Below are positions 9,449-17,775 of a stretch of 37,383 nt of DNA, in pieces. A program made the position numbers and the translations under genes. The DNA comes from Promethearchaeota archaeon (GTDB lineage Archaea > Asgardarchaeota > Thorarchaeia > Thorarchaeales > Thorarchaeaceae), in assembly GCA_014728035.1 (NCBI GenBank), contig WJMJ01000007.1, positions 1-37,383 on the forward strand, in the 5' to 3' direction. Positions within the stretch are counted from its first letter, which is position 1; each line of letters opens with the position of its first letter. The notes under the pieces were generated by a model. It had not been told where the DNA came from. It saw only the letters and a list, made by a program, of their open reading frames with translations, and searched no databases.

Positions 9449-11101
9449 CTAAACTTCGTAAAGTCCACCGCCGCCTCCGCTTCCTTTGGCAAGACGGGCA
9501 ATTTGGATAACACCTACTAATGCAACAAGACCAATGATTCCCGCTGTGTATGGCATTCCATCCATTATCCCTTGAAGAATAATAGAGCCAGCATCTGCTT
9601 GAACTAGTAGAGTTTTTCTACCATCTTCCTTGACGAAAGTATTAGTTTCATATTCGTAAGATAGAGCTGCTTTGGGGAACGTATAACTTCCTTCATTGGG
9701 ACAAGTAACCGTGTATGTAAGTGTGACACTATCCCCTGCGGCTATGGTTGACCAGGTATCTGAAGTCGAACCATCAATTACGGGAGTAGTGTATAGACCT
9801 GCAAAACCTGTATCATTAACCATGACATTGGAAATAGCAGTGTCTCCGTTATTGGTGATAGTCAGCGTTACTTGTGTAGATCCACCAGTACCAATGATTG
9901 CAGGTTCAAAAGTTCTCACAAGAGAGATATCTGGCGGAAACTCATCTTCATCGAAATTAAGGATATAGTCACTCTGTACTCCAAGAGCACTGGCATTCCA
10001 AAATACCATTCCTGTTGTGTTATCATACATAGTTAACTGTTCATCATAGGGAGTATAACTAGTTACATTGACAGAAGACGGGAGAATACCCAATACTATG
10101 GACCAGCCATCAGATATCGGAGTGAAGCTATCCATCCCTAACAAGTCTCCAATACTCAAAGAAGTTGATGTTGACGAAACAACTTGTTCACCGGTATAAC
10201 CAGCTGCTGTAATAGCAACGGATCCAGTCAGTCCTTCAGGAAGTTGAGCCATCGTGAATGGTGACTCATCTGAGAAGACTGGTATTGATTCACCTCCTAA
10301 GATACCGGAAAAAGCGTTATAGACAGCTTCTATATCCGGAATCAACACCATTCCAGAAGCAGAAGCTTCTGCCTCGGAAAATTTGGTTTGATCGATATCA
10401 CCTAGGAATCCAGCATCGTTCATGACACTAAACATTGCTTGAGTATAATGAGAGAAGCCACTAGTTTCTTTGTAGATGAATACATCTATTGAATCAAAAG
10501 GTAAAGTTACATTTGCATCTGGTGGGAAAAGACTCTCATCAATTCGCAATGAGTAAACTTCTTGAAAAGCAAATTGGAATGTGGTAGAATAATGACTCAA
10601 AACAGCTCCCATTCTCTGTTGAGATGTTGCTAGGTCTAGATTGAGATACACTCCAACCATGAGACTGAATTCTCGTCCTAGAATATCGACAATATCTTCA
10701 GTGCCAAATCCTCCATCAAATTGCAATGCTGAGTATCCAGTTGCATATGCAGTTGGATCGCCCATACCACCAGTTGAACCAAGAAGCTCGAAAACATAAT
10801 CGAGCATCTCACCTTGTGTAGATAACATTACTAAAGCCATCATATCATCATACATGGCATCTTCGGTGTTCAAACTAGCCGATGGTATTCCTAATTGTCC
10901 GTAAACTACAGAGCCGACTCCGCCGCTATCTACGTGGGTCAGCACTACTTCTGCTCCATTTTCGAGCAGTTCGGGTAGAATTTCCTCCGGGTTAAGATCC
11001 TGAGCGATAGCAAAACTATCTCCATGTCCTGCTGCTACTACAGCAGGTGCAAAAGCCAGGAAACTAATCAGAAGAATAACTGTTGCGTGCTTGTATTTCA
11101 T
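9449..11101 (-). CDS. Secreted, C-terminally anchored protein with a TRAP-beta/BatD-like Ig domain
   Basis: Signal peptide ending in AAG; C-terminal domain VTLTITNNGDTAISNVMVND...WSTIAAGDSVTLTYTV...GSYTFPKAALSY; TM helix at the end. Confidence 0.65.
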   Translation of the reverse strand: MKYKHATVILLISFLAFAPAVVAAGHGDSFAIAQDLNPEEILPELLENGAEVVLTHVDSGGVGSVVYGQLGIPSASLNTEDAMYDDMMALVMLSTQGEMLDYVFELLGSTGGMGDPTAYATGYSALQFDGGFGTEDIVDILGREFSLMVGVYLNLDLATSQQRMGAVLSHYSTTFQFAFQEVYSLRIDESLFPPDANVTLPFDSIDVFIYKETSGFSHYTQAMFSVMNDAGFLGDIDQTKFSEAEASASGMVLIPDIEAVYNAFSGILGGESIPVFSDESPFTMAQLPEGLTGSVAITAAGYTGEQVVSSTSTSLSIGDLLGMDSFTPISDGWSIVLGILPSSVNVTSYTPYDEQLTMYDNTTGMVFWNASALGVQSDYILNFDEDEFPPDISLVRTFEPAIIGTGGSTQVTLTITNNGDTAISNVMVNDTGFAGLYTTPVIDGSTSDTWSTIAAGDSVTLTYTVTCPNEGSYTFPKAALSYEYETNTFVKEDGRKTLLVQADAGSIILQGIMDGMPYTAGIIGLVALVGVIQIARLAKGSGGGGGLYEV

Positions 11102-11104
11102 TTA

Positions 11105-11677
11105 TTAAAAGTCCTCCTTAGGTCGTATAGTTGCTCCGATGATACCAGCTACAATAACAACGATAACCGGTGTTAGTGCCCAGATAGCAACAGAAAATAT
11201 TATAGACCCTATATCAGGGCCTCCGCCACCTGAACTCAAAGCTACCAGAAGTTCATCGAAAATGTCTTGCACTAAAGGTACTGATAATAAATCTAGAATA
11301 GACCCACCTTCAGGTATTGGTGGAATGGAATTAAGATTGATTCCAGTTGTTATTAGTTGTACAACACAAAATGCAAGTATTCCTAAGCAAGTTAGCCAAG
11401 TCATTAAGCCAACTACAAAAGCACCCTTCTTTGTACCAGCAATAATTCCGCCAAGTAGTCCTGCTCCAATCCAAACAGCAAGCATTATGAAGTTGCTGAG
11501 CGGATTGACCAGAACGGCATTTACCATTACTAGTGTTGGGCGAATGTAGTTTCCTAATTCGGGGGCTAACCATTGGATAATCATGTTAAATCCTTCAGGT
11601 AGTAAGAACCATGCTGCCGCTAGAACGACACCTGTAGCTGCTAACCAACCAAAGTATTTACTTCCAAAAGCGCTAAT
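11105..11677 (-). CDS. Multi-pass membrane protein, probable ATT start (ORF-track start 11584)
   Basis: Frame stays open 31 codons upstream of ATG 11584 and encodes a TM helix; GGAGGT lies 7 nt before ATT; ends 3 nt before the next gene. Confidence 0.7.
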   Translation of the reverse strand: MSAFGSKYFGWLAATGVVLAAAWFLLPEGFNMIIQWLAPELGNYIRPTLVMVNAVLVNPLSNFIMLAVWIGAGLLGGIIAGTKKGAFVVGLMTWLTCLGILAFCVVQLITTGINLNSIPPIPEGGSILDLLSVPLVQDIFDELLVALSSGGGGPDIGSIIFSVAIWALTPVIVVIVAGIIGATIRPKEDF

Positions 11678-12030
11678 GTTTAGTACCTCCTCTAATAGGA
11701 TTTCACTTGATTATAGGTTGTTATCAGCTATTATTAACCTTTGGTGATTTAGATGATTCGAAATATCGATAGTGATAATATTATAACCTGAACATGGTTT
11801 ATTTGCTGTCTTCATCTATAGCCTGACATTAAGCTTGTGAGAAATTTTTGAAAAGTAATAATGATAAACATGGATCTTATTCAAAAAATGATTCTATATA
11901 TCAAAAAAATACAATCACATATTATTGCCATAAAAGCAGTACATAGTTTTTTGCAAATTATTTAAATGAGTATTATTTTTCAGCATATATAGGCAAATTG
12001 AGCGGATAACCTCAATTGGAGGAACTATAA

Positions 12031-14019
12031 TTGAAAGCACGCATTAAGTTACTTATTCTATCGGTTTTATGTCTGGCAATTCTAAATTCACAGCAATTTT
12101 CATTAGTATCAGCAATAGCACCACCACCCCCTCCAGGAGGTGGAACTACTTATCGAATGTATGGATATATTAAGCAGAGTGGGACGGGTGCCCCAATATC
12201 GGGCGCTTTAGTCAAATTCTATGGTTCGGGGTATAACTATCTTGGTCAAGAGCTTACAGATAGTAATGGATACTTCAACTATTACAAGTCGCTCTCAATG
12301 AGCTATAGTTATGTCCAAATACGTGTGACTAAATCGGGATATAATCCAGTCCAAAAGAATGCATATTTATCATCCTCAAGATACTATTTTGGTTCAACAT
12401 ATATGACCAGAATGAATTCATATCATGTTCATGGAATCATCAAGGATGATGGTACTAATAGTGGAGTAGGAGGAGTTCAAGTTAAAATATATGGGAGTTT
12501 AGTTAGCAGCAGTACTTTCTCCTATGTCACAACAAAATCTACTAGCTCCGATGGAAGCTTTTCATATTCATTCTATTCAAACAATGATTATGATTATTTC
12601 AGAATTGACCTTTCTAAGGATGGTTATTCAACGAAAATCAAATATCAATCTGTAACAGCATCAGAGTGTGATTTTGGGATTGTACCTTTCAATAACATAG
12701 CAAGAAAGCTTGCTCTTGTTATAGGAATATCTGATTATCAGGAATCATCCATTACAGACTTGAATTATTGTGATGATGATGCTAATGATTGGTATACATA
12801 TCTTACTCAACAAGGTTCTTACGACTTGGTTTATGTACTGGGTGATGCAACTTCATCTTACATACATATTGATGGAATCGCCACAGAAGCAAATATCAAG
12901 CAATATATCAGTAATATGATATCTATTGCAGATTACAACGATGAATTAGCTTTGATCTTTTCAGGTTTTGGAGTTGCACATTCCACTGCAGATGTAGGTT
13001 TTGCAGCGTATGATTATGATGGAAATGGTGGTGAACTAGGGCTACTAAATGACCATGAATTCAATCCGTTATTAGATAACTTTGATGGAACAAGAATCAA
13101 TATCTTCTTTGATTTTGGTTATTCCGGAGGAATGTTGGATGACTTAGAATCAACGAGTTCAGATCCAGAAATATACGTTGTAACAGCAGTTGGAGAGATT
13201 TGGAACGCAAACCCATTAGCTAAGCAATCGATTGAGAGAGAAGGGATTTATCCTTTCACGGAAAATGGTTGTTGGACTTGGTATTTCCTACATCAAGCCT
13301 TAATTTCACAAGGCATAACTGATTGGCAGGATGCTTATGACGCCGCAATGATAGAATTCGATGCAGACTGGACTACTCATATGAATGGTCCTATGATGCC
13401 TAGAGAGTTCCTCGTGGACGAAGTAGAAAAAATTGCAGTATTTTGGTGGTCAAGTATAGTCGGAAATGATTACTTAATCCAATATATTTCAGATATCATG
13501 GAAGATGAGGGGTATACTATCTTCTACAATTTCAAAGATACTCATGATTTCACTTCAGATTTCAATCAAGTAGAATCATATGAAGATGCCAATGATATAA
13601 TTTTCATTTACATTACGGGACATGGATTTACAAACCTAGTTAATTCTTATGTAGAAATTAATGCGGACCTGTTCCCTTTGGTTTTAGCATCGGATGTATT
13701 TCGATCAAATGTAGATAGGTTAGATAGCAATAGAGTAGGGGTTCTTGTCGATTCTTGTTTCAGCGGATGTTGGGTAACGAATATGATTGGTAGTGGATGT
13801 CTAATGATTTCATCCGCCGATCAATTACATTTTGCTAGTGGAACAAGTGATAATATTGGCACTTTTACGTACTTCTTTTACCCTCCAATAGATAACGACG
13901 GGATGAATGCACTAGAAGCTTTCAATATAGCCTGCGATCAGTTGCAGGTTGCACAGGGTAGTAACTACCAGAATCCTCAATACATTAATGAATGTACGAT
14001 TCATTCGTTTTTTGATTAA
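12031..14019 (+). CDS. Secreted protein: two carboxypeptidase-regulatory-like domains plus tandem caspase-family (clan CD) domains
   Basis: TTG start with GGAGG; signal peptide; PPPPPPGGG; two G-x-I-K...TxSxGxF repeats; KLALVIGISDY...DLNYCDDDA; second domain YITGHG...DSCFSG. Confidence 0.8.
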   Translation: MKARIKLLILSVLCLAILNSQQFSLVSAIAPPPPPGGGTTYRMYGYIKQSGTGAPISGALVKFYGSGYNYLGQELTDSNGYFNYYKSLSMSYSYVQIRVTKSGYNPVQKNAYLSSSRYYFGSTYMTRMNSYHVHGIIKDDGTNSGVGGVQVKIYGSLVSSSTFSYVTTKSTSSDGSFSYSFYSNNDYDYFRIDLSKDGYSTKIKYQSVTASECDFGIVPFNNIARKLALVIGISDYQESSITDLNYCDDDANDWYTYLTQQGSYDLVYVLGDATSSYIHIDGIATEANIKQYISNMISIADYNDELALIFSGFGVAHSTADVGFAAYDYDGNGGELGLLNDHEFNPLLDNFDGTRINIFFDFGYSGGMLDDLESTSSDPEIYVVTAVGEIWNANPLAKQSIEREGIYPFTENGCWTWYFLHQALISQGITDWQDAYDAAMIEFDADWTTHMNGPMMPREFLVDEVEKIAVFWWSSIVGNDYLIQYISDIMEDEGYTIFYNFKDTHDFTSDFNQVESYEDANDIIFIYITGHGFTNLVNSYVEINADLFPLVLASDVFRSNVDRLDSNRVGVLVDSCFSGCWVTNMIGSGCLMISSADQLHFASGTSDNIGTFTYFFYPPIDNDGMNALEAFNIACDQLQVAQGSNYQNPQYINECTIHSFFD

Positions 14020-14027
14020 CATATTAG

Positions 14028-14068
14028 AGATGCAACCATTGCAGTTGCATCTACTCTCTTTTTTATTT
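14028..14068 (+). terminator. Hairpin plus T-tract terminator
   Basis: AGATGCAAC-CATTGCA-GTTGCATCT then ACTCTCTTTTTTATTT. Confidence 0.7.
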
Positions 14069-14234
14069 GAATCTGGTAAACAACTAGATTCAAAATGCTG
14101 ATATAGCTGATAACCAATGTACTAAAATAGCCCAATAACAGAGTGATTAGTTAATCAAATAACATACAAGTTTTGAGGGTGTCAATATATGTGTCATCCG
14201 AAACACAAGTAAGTACATAGTCGGTTGTTCGAAT

Positions 14235-14585
14235 ATGAGTAATGAGGATAAGCTACGCACGATATATGAATTGATACAGCTTATGTCGTCCTTGAACGAC
14301 ACAAGAAGAGCAATCTTACTTGCGCTGTCTCATATCTATCCACGGAGCGTCAGTGGAGTTCAGCTATCCAAGCTGATTGGATATAGTGGAAAGTCACGAA
14401 GCCTGTACCGCGGAGTCTTATCACATCTGACAGAGGACAAGTTAATCCGAATAGATGAGCTTACTCCTAAGCTATATGCTATAAGGGTAAACAACGAACA
14501 TCCCTTGCTGAAGGTTCTTGTTGACCTCTGTAGAACATACGGTGAAGATGCACTGAAAATATATGAAGAAGCACTTGAGGACTGA
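14235..14585 (+). CDS. Winged-helix DNA-binding protein (putative regulator)
   Basis: TRRAILLAL...SGVQLSKLIGYS...LSHLTEDKLIRI wHTH pattern. Confidence 0.6.
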   Translation: MSNEDKLRTIYELIQLMSSLNDTRRAILLALSHIYPRSVSGVQLSKLIGYSGKSRSLYRGVLSHLTEDKLIRIDELTPKLYAIRVNNEHPLLKVLVDLCRTYGEDALKIYEEALED

Positions 14586-14587
14586 AA

Positions 14588-15178
14588 ATGAATCGTCTAC
14601 TATGCCATGCAAAAGCCCTATATCGGGACCGCCAGAAAATAGCGGTTGCTGCACTAGTAGTAGTCTTCTTCGCTACTATATATCTCTTGTACAGTCCTGG
14701 AATCTATTCTTTTGCTCAAGAACCACCAAGTTGGTTCCCAGATGGATGGACTCAAGGTATTGAAGTTGTGTACTCATTCAATTCTGTTGGATTCTTCCTT
14801 GCTTTCGCACTCATGGTATTTGTCTATGGTTTCTGGTCATGGGCATTTCTACCAGCACCTGCAGTAGCATATACTGTTAAGACGCTAAAAGGTATTTTTG
14901 GACAATCAACAGAAATCAAACAAAAGATTGGAAAACGATTCAGGATAAACCTAGATTCAGATAAATATGTGGATGTCAAATGTAGAGTTCAAGAACAGTC
15001 CTCTGGAGAGTGGTTTGTCTATCACCTCAGATCATCACCATTGAATCCAGCTACTTTAGAGGATGTTGCGCTCCGTCATGGAATGACAATTAGGAATAAC
15101 AGATTCACCACATGGATTTCAAGCGATGAATTACATCATCGAGTCATGCTGATGGTAAAAGCAATGAGTGCTGTTTAG
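14588..15178 (+). CDS. Two-TM membrane protein with C-terminal soluble domain
   Basis: Two hydrophobic helices; starts 2 nt after the wHTH gene. Confidence 0.7.
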   Translation: MNRLLCHAKALYRDRQKIAVAALVVVFFATIYLLYSPGIYSFAQEPPSWFPDGWTQGIEVVYSFNSVGFFLAFALMVFVYGFWSWAFLPAPAVAYTVKTLKGIFGQSTEIKQKIGKRFRINLDSDKYVDVKCRVQEQSSGEWFVYHLRSSPLNPATLEDVALRHGMTIRNNRFTTWISSDELHHRVMLMVKAMSAV

Positions 15179-15330
15179 AGAATATACTCCGAGTTCTCAT
15201 TTCAATATTCATTTCTCGTAAAGATGAGATTATGACCGCCCATTCTGGTTGATCGGTATCCTAGTTACAGTTGAAGACCGAAGAACAAGTTGTCCATATC
15301 TGGATTGCCATAATGGAATTGAACCAAAGC

Positions 15331-15406
15331 AGTCAGATGCTCAATGTGACAAACATGAATAAACACTTACCACAGAAATGAATAATTCAGTGTTGAGCAT
15401 CCGACT
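15331..15406. repeat. 14-bp inverted repeat flanking a 48-nt spacer
   Basis: AGTCAGATGCTCAA ... TTGAGCATCCGACT (13/14; the mismatch is a G-U pair on the minus strand). Confidence 0.6.
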
Positions 15407-15643
15407 ATGAGAATTAGTAATAATCCGATTTTAAGTCTTATCCGTTGATTCTTCTTCCACAAGGTGAGTCAAGGACACGATCTTGAGTGTTGAGTAAAGA
15501 GAGAGAATGTTTAGACACAAATCATATTAGAAATGAGTTTGTCTTGTACTTCTCATTATCAGAACCAAATTTCAATTAATCCACTGTTGTCTTATTAATG
15601 ATTGAACACTCCAATTGAGTACTGGTGAATTGGAGACGTAGAT

Positions 15644-17167
15644 ATGCCCTTGAAAAAACTTCAAAACATTACAGAATATGTCATGTACATAGTTTTTGGG
15701 GTTTCTCAATTAGCATTGATTCTTGCTTTGGTTAATTATACTTCATGGGGATATCCGAGTCAAGAAGTATTCTATGCATATCAATCACTAATAATCACAG
15801 CTTTCATGAGTACGTCATGTGTTGTAGCAGCTTATTCTTTCGTTTTCTATTACCAAGAGAGTAATATCAGAAATTATATTTTAGGAGTTACCAGTATTGC
15901 CTTGGTTCCAACATCATTCATCTTTCTTGTAGGATATCCAGGATTTCCAATTCCAAACTTTATTGAGCCACATGCTTTCAAAGTCCAATTAATGCTAATC
16001 ATTTTGGGATTGATTATCGGTTCTGGATTGTTCTTCTGTTCAATTTTAAATTACTACTCAAAACCAAAATTGCGTGAGAAAGTCTTCTTAGTCATAATGG
16101 ATTTCTGCCTGCCCATACTTGCTATAGCAATAAGTCTTATCCCGAATTCGGTAATGGACCAAATTCTTTCATCCTCGATTCTGCATGCTTTTGCGTGGGG
16201 AATCGAATTTCTGCTACTTGGTTTAATTTTAACTGCGCTTTACAGATTTGCAAAAAATTGGAAACTCCGAAGCAATTCCATTCCTACAGGTATCATTCTA
16301 TTTCTTGTTTGTTTCCTGATGTGTCTGTTAATTCTAGCATTGCCATATGGATGGGGGCATATCTCTGAGATTGTTGTAATGGCCGAAGTGTTTCTTGGGT
16401 ATGCTTTAATTGCCATGGGCCTTACAGCAACAACGATAACAGATCCTCACAGAGGTTTATCTTCAATTATAAGAGAAAAAACGACAGAACTAGAACGTTC
16501 ACGGTCAGAGAGTGATTTTTACCTAAATATTTGGGGTCATGAACTTGGTAATACCCTCCAAGGTGTAATTTCTTATTTAGAACTCATCCGCATGAAGAAA
16601 GATGAAAAATCTTCAGCAGAAATGGAATCCATAGCATTAGAACTAGCACAGAGAGCTACCAGGATTGTACGTGAGGTCTCGGAACTTGCTCTGATAAAAC
16701 AGGAACAAGTTGTTCTTCATTCGATTGATGTCATAGAAACAATTTCAGAAACAGTTTCGTATATGCAAGAAGAAATGAAATTGAAGTTCAAGGCGAATAT
16801 TTCAATTCCCACAACACCCGTGAAGGTTCAGGCTGATTCACTGTTTGGTCAAATCTTCATTCATTTATTCAGAGTAATAATTGATCGTTCTCCGAGTACA
16901 CCTGAAATTTTCATCAAAATCAGTCTTGACAGAGAAGATGTGGTAATTCAAGTGACAGATAGCTCACGTACTCTTCCAGACTCTGCTGTTGATTTTCTAA
17001 TGAACCGAATAACTGCTACAGAAGGATCGATCAACTTGGGTTTGTTCATCATTAAAAATCTCGTTGACAGATATCATGGTGAAATATTATATAACCAATC
17101 GAATGGAAAAAACCACCTCTCTATTATTTTAAAAAATGATAGAACAAAACGAGGACTAAATTTCTAG
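15644..17167 (+). CDS. Multi-TM sensor histidine kinase-like protein with degenerate HATPase domain
   Basis: About 8 TM helices, coiled coil, H-box WGHELGNTLQ, G2-like LGLFIIKNLVDRYHGEI; N and G1 boxes altered. Confidence 0.8.
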   Translation: MPLKKLQNITEYVMYIVFGVSQLALILALVNYTSWGYPSQEVFYAYQSLIITAFMSTSCVVAAYSFVFYYQESNIRNYILGVTSIALVPTSFIFLVGYPGFPIPNFIEPHAFKVQLMLIILGLIIGSGLFFCSILNYYSKPKLREKVFLVIMDFCLPILAIAISLIPNSVMDQILSSSILHAFAWGIEFLLLGLILTALYRFAKNWKLRSNSIPTGIILFLVCFLMCLLILALPYGWGHISEIVVMAEVFLGYALIAMGLTATTITDPHRGLSSIIREKTTELERSRSESDFYLNIWGHELGNTLQGVISYLELIRMKKDEKSSAEMESIALELAQRATRIVREVSELALIKQEQVVLHSIDVIETISETVSYMQEEMKLKFKANISIPTTPVKVQADSLFGQIFIHLFRVIIDRSPSTPEIFIKISLDREDVVIQVTDSSRTLPDSAVDFLMNRITATEGSINLGLFIIKNLVDRYHGEILYNQSNGKNHLSIILKNDRTKRGLNF

Positions 17168-17231
17168 TGTGTTGAATTTAACCAAAATATCCCTATTAAT
17201 AGAAATGTATCAAAATAACAGGGAATAAGAA

Positions 17232-17654
17232 ATGGTAATGCGAGTAAAACGCACTGTCACTATAGCAATGAGTAACTATGAAGAAATAGTAGGTGCTTGT
17301 GCTTTTACCTATGATGGAAGAATTGGTTATGCAACTGACAACCTAAATTTAGCTTCGGATATAGTAACAATTCTGAGTGCCTGGAATGGCAAAATAAATA
17401 GCTACAAGATAAAGAATATCTCATTCATAACTGCTATGACGACTGAAAATGGCTTAGTAGCAATAAATCCAGATGGAGCTGTAGCTCTAATGGTGGGTAC
17501 TGGAAAAGGCATCTGGTTTGTTGCTGCAATGGCACCTATGGATAAAGACAAAATGGGTATTCTGATGGAATGCGTTACATCTGCAAAAAATCTCGAAAGA
17601 TCCATATCAGTATACGATATCCCTGATGGTTCAGGTGGTCATTGGCAGGCATGA
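17232..17654 (+). CDS. Profilin-like protein (Asgard type, divergent)
   Basis: About 130 aa; IVGACAFTYDGRIGYATDNLNLASD, ILSAWNG, YKIKNISF, TENGLVAIN follow the Asgard profilin pattern as I recall it. Confidence 0.65.
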   Translation: MVMRVKRTVTIAMSNYEEIVGACAFTYDGRIGYATDNLNLASDIVTILSAWNGKINSYKIKNISFITAMTTENGLVAINPDGAVALMVGTGKGIWFVAAMAPMDKDKMGILMECVTSAKNLERSISVYDIPDGSGGHWQA

Positions 17655-17775
17655 TAAGTAGCAACTCTAATCCATCGGGAACACAATGCTGCAAAGAAAT
17701 AAATTACATGAAAAGAATAGCCACACTAATTCCAAGAAACACCTTGGAGATAGTTATTAGTTTGGTGAACTGAGA

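Noticed and set aside
11996-12017. AATTGAGCGGATAACCTCAATT resembles the E. coli lac operator
   Set aside because: Only an 11-nt core matches, with no flanking vector or lac sequence; most likely coincidence rather than contamination
12118-12150. CCA/GGA low-complexity tract
   Set aside because: Simply encodes the PPPPPPGGG linker; not a DNA repeat element
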